From assembly GCA_022813965.1 (NCBI GenBank), contig JALDZS010000069.1:62001-111470 (forward strand): a stretch of 49,470 nt of DNA. The letters run 5' to 3'. The notes below the pieces were generated by a model. It saw only the letters and a program-made list of their open reading frames with translations, searched no databases and was not told the DNA's origin. This DNA is from Toensbergia leucococca. Taxonomy: Eukaryota. Below are positions 12,498 through 25,765 of the stretch, piece after piece. A program made the position numbers and the translations under genes. How positions within the stretch are numbered: position 1 is the stretch's first letter; every line of letters begins with the position of its first letter.

Positions 12498-14417
12498 TCA
12501 CATCCTATCATACAAGAAGCCTTCTGATCCAGGCTCCTCTGCCTGCTTCGGCACAGGTATTGCCCAACCCGATCTTCTTCGCCTCGCCAGCTCCTTCTCG
12601 ATCGGGCGAGTGTAGTATCCAATATCGTCCAAATCCAGCGAAGCCCAATCCTCTGAGGTGCTGCGTGGCCAGAACTCTTCCTCGTCATAGTCATGCCTGT
12701 TTTCTGCTTCGTACTGTACAAGCTCAACCTCATTGACATGTACGTCATAGTCCAGATCGTAAATCCCTTCCGTCTTCTTGCCCTGTCGTACGAGTACCTG
12801 TCTGAAGAAATACGCATAAGAGTCGAACATATTAGGTGGCATTCCTTCCCAATACTCCCGCGCTTCCACTTCATCTTGTATGCTTTGTTGCAAATCCTGG
12901 GCTAGCCACATTTTCGAGAGCGCCTCCTTGCCATCCGTCCCGCCTTCCTGTTGCACTGCAATATTCTCCCGACCATCTACCATGACTAACGAGCAACGGA
13001 AAATCGCTTTTGAGATGATACTGGGTACGTGAAATTCCCTGCTTTCGGGAGGTTGGGCGCCTCGGTGGATGGTCAGGCTCTCCAAAGACCGCCCTCTTTT
13101 ATGAATGCGGATGTAGCGAAATAGACGTTCAGCTACTACTTTGTCTAGGACAGCATGATCAGGGGCGCCATCAGCAAGTTTTGATTCTGCGTAGAGCGTC
13201 AATGTTCTAAGATTCGGGAACCGAGCAAGGGTTTCTAGAAAATCGTAGGGCTAAAATATGTCACTTAGATATAGCCAATGCCTGGTGTTGTTTGGAAATC
13301 AACCTACCCAATCTTTCTGGAAATTCACATCCACAGCCAAGTCTGTCAGCGCTGGGCATAGTTGTTTCAACGTCAGCAGGTTCGTAATTGGAATATCAGG
13401 ACGCCGTGTGAAGTGCGGCTCGTAAGCATGGATTCCAATCGATCTCAACGATAGCCCATAGTGCTCCAAGGCATGTAATGGAAATTTCGCAGCGATTCCT
13501 TCCAAGTCCAACTCCTCCAGGTTTTCCAGGCTCGCTAGGAAATGCTCAAGTACAGCCATTACATCGCCGGTTCGTTGGTGAAGATCGCAGTATAACTTGA
13601 ACGATTTCAGGGTTTTCTCGCAGCCATGAAAGCCGCCAAGGAGATGCGAGTTGCAAATTGTCAAGACTTCCAGTCTGGACCATCCTCCCTTTTGACCCCA
13701 AGCTTGCAGATCCTTCAAACTAAAGATGCCATCCAACAGTGACATATTAGTCAACCGAGGTAGAGTATCTTCGGCTGTGACATTCAAATTTCGCAGGTCG
13801 TTTGGGTCGTCCATTATAGAAGCTCCACCCTCGGTGCAAACAGACAACATCCGCAAATTTGGGCAGGTTTTGAGAATCTCGAACAGCTTGATCCTCAGCG
13901 AGAGGTGAGATTTAGATTCCGCTGGCAGGGTAACACCCAGGTCATGGAGACAAAGTGAAGCTGCAAGGCTGTTTCCTCTTGTTCCATTGAAGTAAGAATC
14001 CCAACAGCTTACTCGAAGATGACATTCTGGCCAATTCCGATGCAGAATGTTCAGAATAGGCTCGGGTATTGCGTAGCTCCTATCCCAATAAAATGCACGA
14101 AGGCGCTGCACCTTGGGGAGATACTCGGCCAGGGTTTGGAGAAGGTTGTCAGTGTCTTCATGGCCATGAATGACATAGATATCGCGTATGAAACGGTGCA
14201 AGGTCGTATCAGGTTGACACAAGCGCGTAATTAAGGCTTTGGAAATGTCTTTTCTCCGGCTGGATATGGCAACGGTGATGGTTTGGTAGATATATGGGAT
14301 AGCCAATCTGTAACACTGACGAGATGCCAATGCCACGGAAAGTAGACTTGAAGGTGTTCCATCATACACCAGTCGGATGATCAAGTTCAATATGTCTCTA
14401 TGTAATCGTCCATGCAT
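12498..14417 (-). CDS. F-box-like/LRR-type hypothetical protein, about 620 aa. Exons 14417-13308 and 13250-12498
   Basis: N-terminus LHRDILNLIIRLV...SLLSVALASRQCYRLAIPYIYQTITV is F-box-like and is followed by degenerate LxxLxL repeats. Intron 13307-13251 (GTAGGT...TAG) fuses two ORF-track pieces in frame. Confidence 0.7.
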
Positions 14418-14779
14418 GCTTGCTTGTGGTTGTATACGAGTATCATAACGGTGTTACCCCGTACTCTTGCTGCCGAAGATTGAAGTCGTCTCGTCACCTT
14501 CCAACATTCGCCGATCCCGCCGCAGCGACATGGTCAGAAGTGGGGACACAGCAATGGCCGATGGATCAGAGATTTGTGCAAATAGAACCTGTCCTTTGCT
14601 CATAGATCTTTCAATGACTTGGTAATCCGTACTGCATCCTCAGTCCGCGGCCATCCAAGCACGTCATAGTTGGGAGAGAAACATTCCTTCATTTTTACCA
14701 AAGAAGTGGTGAGACGATACTCTCCATTTCATCAAGTCGACCAAACCCATTTCCAGCCCTGTCTTAGTTGTTCGTCACA

Positions 14780-15650
14780 ATGCCACCCTCTGGTCTTGCT
14801 ATTATCCTTGGCGCTGGTCCGAATACGGTACGTTCGTTGTCGCCAAGGAAACGTATGCACATCAACTCTCCACTGTTTCCTACCGTACTCATACTCCCTA
14901 ATGCAGCATCTGACTGTTTCGGTTTTTTATTAGGGTACCGGCGTTGCTCGCATCCTCTCTCATCCCTCTTACGGCAATTTGGCAGTTGCAGTCTTAGCCC
15001 GTCGTCATGAATCGCTCTCCAGTATCAAAGAAAACCTAAAGGAGTCTTCTCCCGGCTCTGTGGTTGAGTCCTTCTCTACCGACACCAACCCAGCAAATCT
15101 ACAGAAGGCCTTCTCCGCCATTCGGACACATAATGCTTTCAAGGATCTGAAGCTCAAGGTTGCCGTCTATAGCATCAAGCATTCGAGTAAAAAACCATTC
15201 ATGACGGAAACTTATGAGGATTTTACATCTTCCCTGGAAACATACGTGGGAGGTGCCATGGCCTTTTCTCAGGAAGTCTTGAAGCTGTTCTTTGAACACC
15301 ACGGCGAGTCCCCCCTCGCGGAAACCAATGGCACCAAAAAGGGGACATTGATATTTACCGGAACCCTAGGCTCCTTGCGTGCTAACTCCGAATTTGGTGC
15401 TTACGGAGCTGGCCGTGCTGGCGTCCGACAACTTGCCCAGTCTTTGGCCAGGGAGATGAGTGCCAAAGGTATTCATGTAGTACATACCATCGCAAACGGA
15501 AGTATCCAGGATGCCGATGGCGGGGACCAGAAGACGGGCAAAAAAATGAGCGCAGATGCAGTAGGCAAGACCTATCTTTGGCTGAGTCAGCAGGAACCAG
15601 AGTTATGGACTCTTGAATTGGATATGAGACCTGCGCAGGAGAAATTCTAA
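14780..15650 (+). CDS. Short-chain dehydrogenase/reductase, about 254 aa. Exons 14780-14827 and 14934-15650
   Basis: After removing intron 14828-14933 (GTACGT...CTGAC...TAG) the Rossmann motif reads IILGAGPNTGTGVA. Also GTLIFTG, LAQSLAREMSAKGIHVVH and C-terminal ELDMRPAQEKF. Confidence 0.9.
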
Positions 15651-16750
15651 GTCTTTGAATGTTTTTATATGGGAGGATTTCGAGTATCCGATCAAATCAC
15701 TTCATCTCCAAATCGATCTCGATACTACAGGATTGGCTATTGACCAGAGGTTTTCTTTTTCTGGCTAGTTAATTGCGCTCAACAGGTCTTCTGTGCTCAT
15801 CGAGGAATCTGAGATATATCCTGGCAAGCCCATTAAAAAATATGTAATTTGTTCTTGTTCTATACCCTCGCAACTCTGGACTCTACGTAGTACGTTTTAC
15901 GAAATCTCTAACCTCCGGGATATCATCTCACTTCTTGATATGGACGACCGATTCACTCACGAAGTTCTCGGAACTAAGTCTGCTGGCTTCATCTCTTTAA
16001 CGATTGTAGGACCGCACGTTGCAAACAGCAGTGTGTTCGCGTGCCTCATTCTTGGCCTCCAGCAAGCCTTTGCATTACGACCTAAATTTGAGGCGCCCGA
16101 GATGTGGGAGATAATGATCTGGTTTTCCCTTTCACGCAGTACAGCACCAAAATCTGTAATGAGGAGAAATACGTTAATTTTGAACCGGAAATAAGCCTCA
16201 GATGAAAATTTAGTAAAGTGAATGTTCTACTGACACGACAAACTGCTTTAATAGGTATATGTATTTTGCAATTTTCATTACACTTCAGATCATTAGGAAA
16301 GGGGAACTTTTTACTCTGTACGGATAGACAACCGGGCTCTGGCCCTAGATCTCAGCGGTCGCTTAGCGAGTAATGCCCAGCCGTGCCAGCTACCCAGGCG
16401 GCAACGAAGCTAGTACACCCAGCTCCTTTTCCCTACCAAAAAGCGCGCCTCAAAAAAGGTGCTGAACACCTTTCGGTTTCCAGCACTCGTAAGGTCCGCC
16501 AAAATTCGCTAGGCAATTGCACCCCATCAACTTCAACACGTCTGTTCTACCAATCAAAACGGCCTAGCGTCTGATGTCTCGCAATCACTCCCCCGTCCGC
16601 TGAGCTACTTAAATCTGCCAAGTTCCCTGATTTCCCTTTTGACACCATCCAAATTCTACTGATTTTCATCAACCATCACTACGAATTTTCATCGTAGTTT
16701 CAATCGACAGCTTTGAACATTCCACTCTAGTAAATAGTACCGTATTCTAA

Positions 16751-17370
<620 letters not shown>

Positions 17371-17929
17371 AGATGCTGAGTTACGTTTTCTCTGTTGACG
17401 GTGGGAGCATAATGGATGCTGGAGGGGTCGTCGATGAGATTTTGATGCTGGCGTTTTGCGGACGGCGGAAAGGGCTTTACTTTGTCGGATGAGCTGAGAC
17501 TCTGTAGCTAATGAAATGATGCTTCTATGAACTATTTCCTCTTACAACAGTGCTAGACTGCGATCTAAAGATGAATTATTCTTTATGTTCAATGAGATTT
17601 TGAGGTCAACTGATTCTGGGTACATAAAAGATCAGCGCAGTAAAAACTGGGCATCGATCTGACCCTGAAAACTTCCTCCCTCGTGAATTTCGTGACTCAT
17701 CTCTGTACATGCAGGCAGCCTAGCAGCTCCAGTCATGCATCTCTATACCCTCGATACTGTCCAAGCTGTGGTCTGCCCAAGCCTAGCCCCCATCCCTTGA
17801 TTCCAGGATTTCTTCCAAGCACTTTGTTCTTCGGGGCCATCCCTCGTCCAGTGCCCATGTTCTTCCCCATCCCACAAACGCCCCCGCACATACCGCAACA
17901 GACTTCCTGGCCCGATGTTACCGACCAGA

Positions 17930-19321
17930 TCAGACTTCACCAGGCTTCCTCCCCTTTTCATTCAACCTCATAGTCCGCTCTAGCTCTTCACATATCTCGC
18001 CCACATAATCGGCCATGTCCTCAGATATCTCATTGGCGCCTGCCCCAGTCGCAGTAACTACTTCCATGCCTTTCTCGTGGACTTGAGTTGTAGTTGAAGA
18101 GAGTATTTCAGGGGTACTTTTAACAATTTGCTCGGGGATGGGAGGGTACCGCTTCAGTAACTTTAGAATTGCGTAGTATAGCCGTATAATTAGCTTATGC
18201 ACCGCTTCTTTCACTATCATCGTGATCCCGTGGCTGAAAAACCCCTTCATTACCTCCCCGCCTAACCCTTCGTACAACGCCCCCACACCGTCTGTGCGTG
18301 CTATGTGCAAAATTGTGCTAAACACTGTACTGCGGGCTACTTTTCTTCCCGTGGCCGTACCTGCTACTTTCCCAGTCGAGGCTTCCTCAATAGCATCTTT
18401 GACTTCATGATCATAGTCATCTACAAATTGAGACGAAGCCTGGGCTCGAGCTTTTGCGAGAGAAAAGGGATAGGTGATTGTTGAAGCGATGGCTTTGCTC
18501 ATGGCTGCGAGTAAAAATGTGGCTTGGGAGGAGGGATTAGCGCGCTGGCTGCGCGGAAGCAAAGTACGTTTGAAAGTTTCATAGAGGAAAAACGTTAGAG
18601 AGGGGTTGAGAGTGAGGATTAAAGAGGCTGAGTAGCCAGACCAGAATCCTTGGAGGCCTTTCTCTGATCGGATCTGAAGGGCTATTGATCGCACAGTGGC
18701 GGGATTTGAGGATTTCTGGGGAGAGCGAGCCGCTAGCATTGAGGAAGCCTGTTTGCGGGTCACGATGTTGGCTATGGGGGTAGTGAAGAGCTTGGAGAAT
18801 GCCCCGGCGAGGAAGCCAACACTCAATTCCTCGGTCACGGGTAAATTCTTTGATGAGGAAGCGAGAGAGCGCAGCCGCGACTGACGGAGGAAATTATAGG
18901 CAAGGAAGAATAGAAAAGAGTCCGCAATGGTCTTTGAAGTGTCTTGTAGAAGGCCGGTATAGAGTCCCAGGAGACCTTCCTGAGCATAGATTTTGTGGGC
19001 GGCATCAGGGATGGACTTGTACTCGTCGGCGTGGGGCGAGGATGCATTTTTGCGGAGCTGACGCTGGATTTGAAGGCGTGTGATGATGAGATCGAGGGGG
19101 TAAATGAGAACATTGGAGATTGCCGCACCTGTTGAGCCAGCTAGGGCATGGCCCAGAGCGGGGAGAGCTGGGCCAACGAGAGTGGAGGGTTTCGGCTCGG
19201 ATGACTCTTGAAAGTCATGGTAAAGGTCGAAAGCATCCTGTCGTAGATGATAAGTGATGGGCTAGATACTCGGCACAAGGGAAAGGTCTCTTACAAGCTG
19301 ACTGTTGTAGATGTGTGCCAT
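17930..19321 (-). CDS. Mitochondrial carrier family protein, peroxisomal adenine nucleotide transporter (Ant1/PMP47-like), about 444 aa. Exons 19321-19295 and 19237-17930
   Basis: Three carrier repeats (YPLDLIITRLQ, TPIANIVTRKQ, YPFSLAKARAQ), plus LGHALAGSTGAAIS and GFWSGYSASLILTLNPS. Intron 19294-19238 is GTAAGA...CAG. Confidence 0.88.
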
Positions 19322-19722
19322 TGAGTGATTACCGTATTCTCGGATCAAACTGGATCTCTACGATCAACGTCATCCCAACCTTCACTTTCGCTTGTTTAGA
19401 TTCAATGACATGGACAAGACCGTTATTGGGAACAGAGAAACAACTTTGCGACCGAATAGACTTGGGCTATTCGTAGGATTGATGTGCTTCGGGAGCAGGA
19501 AGTGTAAAGGATGAAGATTAAGTAACATCAATGACCTACCCGTGGAGCCGTGTCTCAATGTACGGGACCGAGGGACCGTCACAATATCTTAGCTAGGATT
19601 TCATAACAAAATCCCTTCACAGATTGTTATCAATGGAAAGAGTTTTCATCAGCTTTGAGAAAGAATACCAGTATAACTTCCGTAAACATCATGAACTGAA
19701 TAAAAATCTCGCAATATGTCTA

Positions 19723-20231
19723 GGGTATTGCTAATCCTACACCCCCTTTGGCTACATCTACAACCCCCCCCCAATCATACCTGATTAAGCATTAGTGAGG
19801 CCCCGGGCGCATAGGGAAATACTGTGATTTCGCACCACATTACACCCACTTCTCAACCTCTTTTGCATGTCATCTACCTCCTCAATTGCATGCCATTTAA
19901 TGCTACCTAGGGAATCTTCATGATCTTCTACCTCATGTTGACTCAATTTTCTACCTCATGTTGACTTGATTTCGCACTCAATTTTTTTTTGCGCCCGGGG
20001 GTGAGGGAATAAGTCGGGATGTGGTACAAAAGCATGATTTTTCTCCTAGGTAATTTGGCTTCTAGATGGCACGCAAATGAAATAACTAAATGGCTTGCAA
20101 AGTGGTAGGGAATCGAGGTATGATGTGGTGCAGAATGATAAAATTTCCCTCAATGATTTTGCGCCCGGGCACTAGTTTTGGGGGGGGTGGGTATAGATGT
20201 AGCCAAAGGGGGTGTAGGATTAGCAACACCC
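19723..20231. mobile_element. Non-autonomous DNA transposon (MITE), 509 bp, probably Mutator-like
   Basis: 38-bp terminal inverted repeats (19723-19760 and 20194-20231, 1 mismatch) that continue imperfectly to about 120 bp. Exact 8-bp direct repeat TATGTCTA at 19715-19722 and 20232-20239. No transposase ORF. Confidence 0.92.
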
Positions 20232-20446
20232 TATGTCTATTTGGCTGTAATTCTGAATTGTTCAACCGCTGGGGACTGGGATGTAGATCGTAATGGAATA
20301 CCTACCTCTTCATTCAAAACCAAGATTCAACATATGGATAAAATCCATCTCGCGCGATACGAGCGAAGAAACTCCCCTTGCACTTTTGCAATCATTAAAG
20401 GAACGCCACATTACCCACGAGTACGCCTCCACCACCTCGACCGGTC

Positions 20447-23276
20447 TCACATCGAAACAACTTCTTGAATCCGAACATAATTACCCGGAAACAACCCTTT
20501 AGACGCCGCGTAACACCCCCAGAACCAATCACCGTTAATGTCTGCCACCTCAGTAATCTCTGCACCCTTAGGGAACCCAAGTTCATCTTGCGTCCCCTCC
20601 TGCGGCCAATAACTCCACATCGCCAAAACTTTCATTCCAACGCCCCCATCAGGGGGATATCTCTTTAGTAACGGCGCCACAGCCGCTGTAGCGTTGCTAT
20701 CATCGACTCCCCCCGCCATCTGTTTTGGCACAGTCCGGATCTGTCTCCTTTCGCCGTCCTGCCAACTCCATTCTTCATTAGCTCCTTGCCCTACGTCCAT
20801 GTCATCTTTCAACGCGTGACCCCCAACCAAATCTTTAACCACAATTCGTCTCTGTCCAACGGGAGAATCTTCGAAGCCGATAACGATCATTCGATGGCCC
20901 TTGAAACACCTACGCCACCCTTTATCTCCGTTTTCTTTGCTGATGCGATCCGTGATCACGGCCTTGAGGTAGCAAGTTGTGCAGATGTTGTAGTTGCCTT
21001 CGTTGCAGTGTGAGCAATGGTAACGAGTATTGGAGGGCTGGATTGGGTAGGTACAGATATCACATTTAGTGCTGAACGTCAGTGGCGTGTACAGAGGAGA
21101 GGATATAAGTTCATACGGGTTGAAGCGAGATCTAGATTTAGGACTGGTCAGCAAGGCAAAAGAGTGCTGAATCGAGGTATTGAGCTGCTTTTCGGAAATA
21201 CTGGCAGATGTATGCGCAACCGGTAGTAGGGGGTGGGTGCAGCATTTGCCCTGGTTGACACAGTGGTTACAAAAACCCCATTCGCCTTCATTACAGAGGC
21301 TACATTTCCAGAAACAGTCGTTCGCGAAAGCTGAGCAGTTCGAGCAAAAGGCACCAGACTGAAGACGCTTAGCAGGATTTTCTATTGACAAACGCTGTGG
21401 ACTACCGCTTCCTGACGGATGGAGACTCCCGGGACGAAGGAATCGATGAGCAGTGAGCGTATGAGGAAGCTGATGACTGGGCGAATAGCCAGATGGTGGC
21501 GCTTGACGCTCGTAGCGCTGCCATCCTGCGTAACCAAAACCATACCAATGAAGGCAGCCAAGCCCGAGACGATAACACCGTAAGCAGAGATTGTATTGCC
21601 CCTCACGGCAGACAGAGCAATTCTCATGAAGCTCATACTCTATACCGAGTTTACCACATCGATCACATCTTATTGAAGGTTCTAGATAAAGCTCCGGTTG
21701 GACCACTGTAGCCGTAGATGGTGATGAAGACGGTCTGGGCATAAGCTTAGGAACTTCAAGAGGGTAAGGAGTCCCCTGAGGGGCGGCATTCCCCGGAAAA
21801 TTGCCCACATCATGCGTAATTGGTCCTGACACTTGAGAGGATGAAGGCAAGCTCGCAATTACTTGTGAATCACTCGACCTCGGAGATGAGATCTGGATAG
21901 GCGGATCACTGTCTGCACCCTGAGAGATCTGTCTTGGATGGCCTCGCGCCTCGTTCCTCTGTCCATGAGGTTGTGGATCAGTGGTTCTCCTACCTTGACT
22001 TGACAGCTCTGTGGGACGATTTTGCACGATCTGGGCAGTATGCGGTCGACTTGGCAAATCTGTCGCCGATCGAGCTGCTTGCCTCTGTCCCCTGGATGTA
22101 CCCCGAGGAGACGATGTAGGAGGGGGTGATCTCTGACGTCTGCTGTCGCTTGATGTCCTTCGTCTACGTCCATGAGTTACGGGATATGCATCGAGGAGCT
22201 GCGATCTCGAAACCGGCGGATGAGATGAATTAGTAGATTGATCTCCTATATTTGGAGATCTTTCATCACGATGCTGCTGCGATTGGTATTGACCAGCACT
22301 GTAAGTCCTAAGCCCCCGCCTTTCTTCGGTGGGTGAATTTTGAGACCTTGGTCTGTCGCTGTGTCGTCGACGGTATGCATCCGCGATCCGTTCGCTCAGC
22401 TCGTCTTCTTGAGCTGCATTCATATTGTTCGGGTCTATGCCATCCAGTAGTCCTTCTTCTATAATCTGACGTAAAATTTCTTCTTCCATAAGCGAAGATT
22501 CGCCGTCAGAGTTACTCAAGAGTGATCGTAAGCTCGATTGATGCTCGATCTGCCTTGCTTGTGCTCTCGAGTCCGTGGGGCCCGTACCCCCTACAGCCCC
22601 ACCCCTTGCCGTGCTCCGCCCCTCCTCTCTTCTCCTTCTGTCATGGTCACGCCTTCTTCGCTGCCTCGCCTCGTCATCCCGCGAATCACGGCTTCCGCCC
22701 CGATGCCTTGCGCTTCTCTCATACGTTCCAGGTCCCCTGACACCCACTTCCCTCAAACTCATGTCCCGAACCTCCTCTACCATCCTCCGATCTTCCTCTT
22801 CCTCACTATCCTCGACATTCTGTTCTGTTTTGACCATGACCGGATCGCCTGGTTTGTACTTTTGACCCGTTTCCAATTTTTCCTGAGTGCTTCTTCCCCT
22901 GCCAGGATTGGCTTGGAGATACATGTCTAATAAAGTTGTAACGGTAGCATTGGGCCTGGTCTCTCGCACTGAGGCACGACATGATGGGCAAGTGAATGGA
23001 TTTGGTGTAGATGATGACGCCTTGGAGGCTTGCCACCCAAACCATTCCTGGAGACATGAGCCACAAAATGTATGTAAACAGTCAAGGAGAGTTAAAGGCT
23101 GGTAGAGAACTTCTGTGCAGATCTGGAATGAGGTGGAGTCAGTCAAGTCCACATGCAAGGGTAAGGGCCAAATGTGCACAGTCAAGCGTGGACCTCGTGC
23201 AGACAAATTCGACTCTTACCGAACAAGTCAATTCCTTCTCAAGGTCAAGCAGACCGTTTTGTGATACCTCGGCCAT
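20447..23276 (-). CDS. RING-finger / ZZ-type zinc finger / SH3 domain protein (putative E3 ubiquitin ligase), about 910 aa. Exons 23276-23220 and 23122-20447
   Basis: Intron 23219-23123 gives LEKELTCSICTEVLYQPLTLLDCLHTFCGSC...CPSCR (C3HC4 RING). Three CxxC-rich ZZ-like modules follow, then a C-terminal SH3 (DELGFPKGAEI...WFWG...GLFPGNYV). Confidence 0.9.
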
Positions 23277-23785
23277 GGATCAGTGCAAGGCTACCGACGG
23301 CTTTGACTCGGGCAAAGATATCACCACGACTCGACTTATCTCGTAGTGGCATGTTTTGTTGCCGCTGTCAGCTGGCTTACATACCCTAGCTCATTCAACT
23401 TGATGCAAGAAGACAAGACCTGGCTCGAGCGTCACATATTCGATGCGCAACACTGCAAGAAATCCCTTTTGCAGGGGAATGTTGGCGGCTAGGTACGAAC
23501 CCGCAGTCCTTGTTCCTTAACGCTCTGACCTCCTGGAGTCGTGATCTACGCTTTTAAGGCTATTCTATTCGTAGTAACCTAGACATTTCACGTCTGTCGG
23601 ACTCATTTCACAGCAATCAAACCATATGTTTGGCAATGATTAATCAAACCTGCTTTCATTTTCATAATTGCAGACAGGCAACGACCACCAATCCGATTCT
23701 TACGCTAAGACCAAGTGGGTACAATTTAGAAGCTCTCATTTACTTTCTGAGGACGCTCTCATCAACGCTTTGCAGAGAGTAGGCG

Positions 23786-25210
23786 TCACTCTCCGAAAAG
23801 CTTTGGATCCGCAGCACACCCACGAGCCATCTCAAGCTGTATACAATAATCAGCTTTGCCAAGGTACTCAGGAATATGTTAGCGTCCAAACCTGTTCATC
23901 CGTGCAACACACTAATGTCCGATGCCGAGCATTCTCCTCGCCAATATCTTGAACGACATCTTGAATTGCTCTGCTATTCTTTTGCTCGTCAAGGTCAAAG
24001 CCTAAACATCTGCATTTCTCGACGATTCTGGTTCTCAGTAACGTTCCTTTCTCACCGATCCCACCGGCGAAGACCAACGCATCTACCTGGCCTTCTAGTT
24101 TGACATAATAACTACCTATGTAGCCGATAATACGATCGACGAAGATATCAAAGGCAAGCTTAGACTGCGGGTCGGACGATGAAGAGATCTTGCCAAAATC
24201 CGTGGTACCGGTCATGGACTTCCAGCCAGACTGCTTGTTTAGAATCTCCTCGGCCTGTGTTGCTGTTTAGCTCTTCCGTTTACTTCCACTGGCCAATCCG
24301 GCATCAGCACATACAGTACTAATGTGCATCTCCTTGGTACTCCCAGGGCTTGGTTTGCCAGCATCATGTGTGAAGTGGAAAATAAGACTAATGTAATTTA
24401 GTGCCAATTACATGCATCAGACATGGAAGTCAAAGCATCATAGTCGGACCTTGGATCAACGCTCCCGCTCCTTGTTGCGCCTGGAAGACCGGCCAACGGT
24501 GTGAGGCCCATACTGTTGTCTAAAGACTTTCCATTCTTCACGCCGCAAGCTGAAGCACCACTACCAAGGTGTAATGCAATAATGCTGGTCTGATTTTGAT
24601 CTTTCCCAAGATAGTCGGCCACAGATCGTGTGATAAAGGCGTAACTAATTCCATGAAATCCATATTTACGTAGCTTGTTCTTCTTAGCGACATCGGGATT
24701 GATAGGGTAAGTCCGAATAGCTTCTGGGATGGTTGCATGGAACGAGGAGTCAAAGTAGGCAATGTTCTTCGCTTTTGGCAAGACTTCGACGCAAGACTTG
24801 ACTATGGCAAGGGCGCTAGCGTTGTGCAAAGGGGCCAGATCGGTCAGTTCTTCCAAATGATGATAGGTATCCGAGTCAATAATATGGGCTGCTGGATAAT
24901 CGCCGCCGTGGACAACCCTGTGGCAAGCATGAGTTACACTATCTCTGCTTTCAATCTGAGAGAGTGCACTGTCATTCACTAGATGATCCAACAAATATGT
25001 AAAGGCATCTGATTGTGAATTGACGTCTCTAAGTTCTTGCCCTTTGACCTCCTTGGAAGCGCTTTCATACGTTAGAGTGGATGGCGGTGCGGTCAAGCCA
25101 GCGACCTGGGCATCTGCGATCCGAGTAGGGTTTTGCCCTAGCTTTTCAGCCTGGTAAACCGAGACCTTTACTGAGGAGGATCCGGCATTGATTGCTAATA
25201 TGATGGCCAT
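23786..25210 (-). CDS. ackA: Acetate kinase, about 415 aa. Exons 25210-24450, 24387-24315, 24254-23892, 23836-23786
   Basis: Motifs ILAINAGSSSVK, HRVVHGG, LAPLHN, KYGFHGISY, LHLGSGAS, SMGLTPLAG, TRSGSVDP, LVFAGGIGE and TDEQ. Three GT-AG introns give 1248 nt in frame. Confidence 0.97.
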
Positions 25211-25765
25211 TTGTTCGCAATGTTTTTCATTAGTGCAGTCTTACAGAGTGTTCTCAATGGCCTGGATGTGTAAAATAAATGCTAAATGTGTAACGTAAGT
25301 AGGAATTCAAAGTCTGGTACGAATACTCGTACCTTACCTACTCATACTCCTATAGTGCTAATCGTAGGTAGGAGACCGGGAGTGCCGGTGGTAAATATTT
25401 ATAGGCAGTTGGAACTAGAGCTTTTCTAGACTGCCCGCATCATCTGCATGCCACCACCCATAGAACAGACGTCAGGGTGCCTCTTTTTTCTTCGATGGCT
25501 GCTGGAACACAAGATCCGAACTTGAAGTTGTAACCTCGCCTCCAATGATATTGACACACGCAGGAAACCGACCCGTATCTTCTTCACCTCGACAGCCGTT
25601 TCCTCCATCACATGGCTTGTGCCTCAATTACGTAGGATTCACTACAGCTGCGGTAATAGTCCGCGCTGCCCATCACGTTGATTCACTTTCCTCCACTTTA
25701 CATCCATCTTTCCTTAGACCGCCAGCTTTCAATTTATTCCCAATCTCTACAAGGTATCCGTCATC

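Noticed and set aside
17743..17961. ORF overlapping the carrier gene stop, as a possible C-terminal extension
   Set aside because: All three carrier repeats are complete before 17930 and no convincing intron links the frames.
19140..19175. Apparent frameshift or 5' truncation of the carrier gene (ORF track starts at 18838)
   Set aside because: A recount shows four G at 19160-19163, so the frame is open to the acceptor at 19238. The late ORF start only reflects the lack of an in-frame start codon in exon 2.
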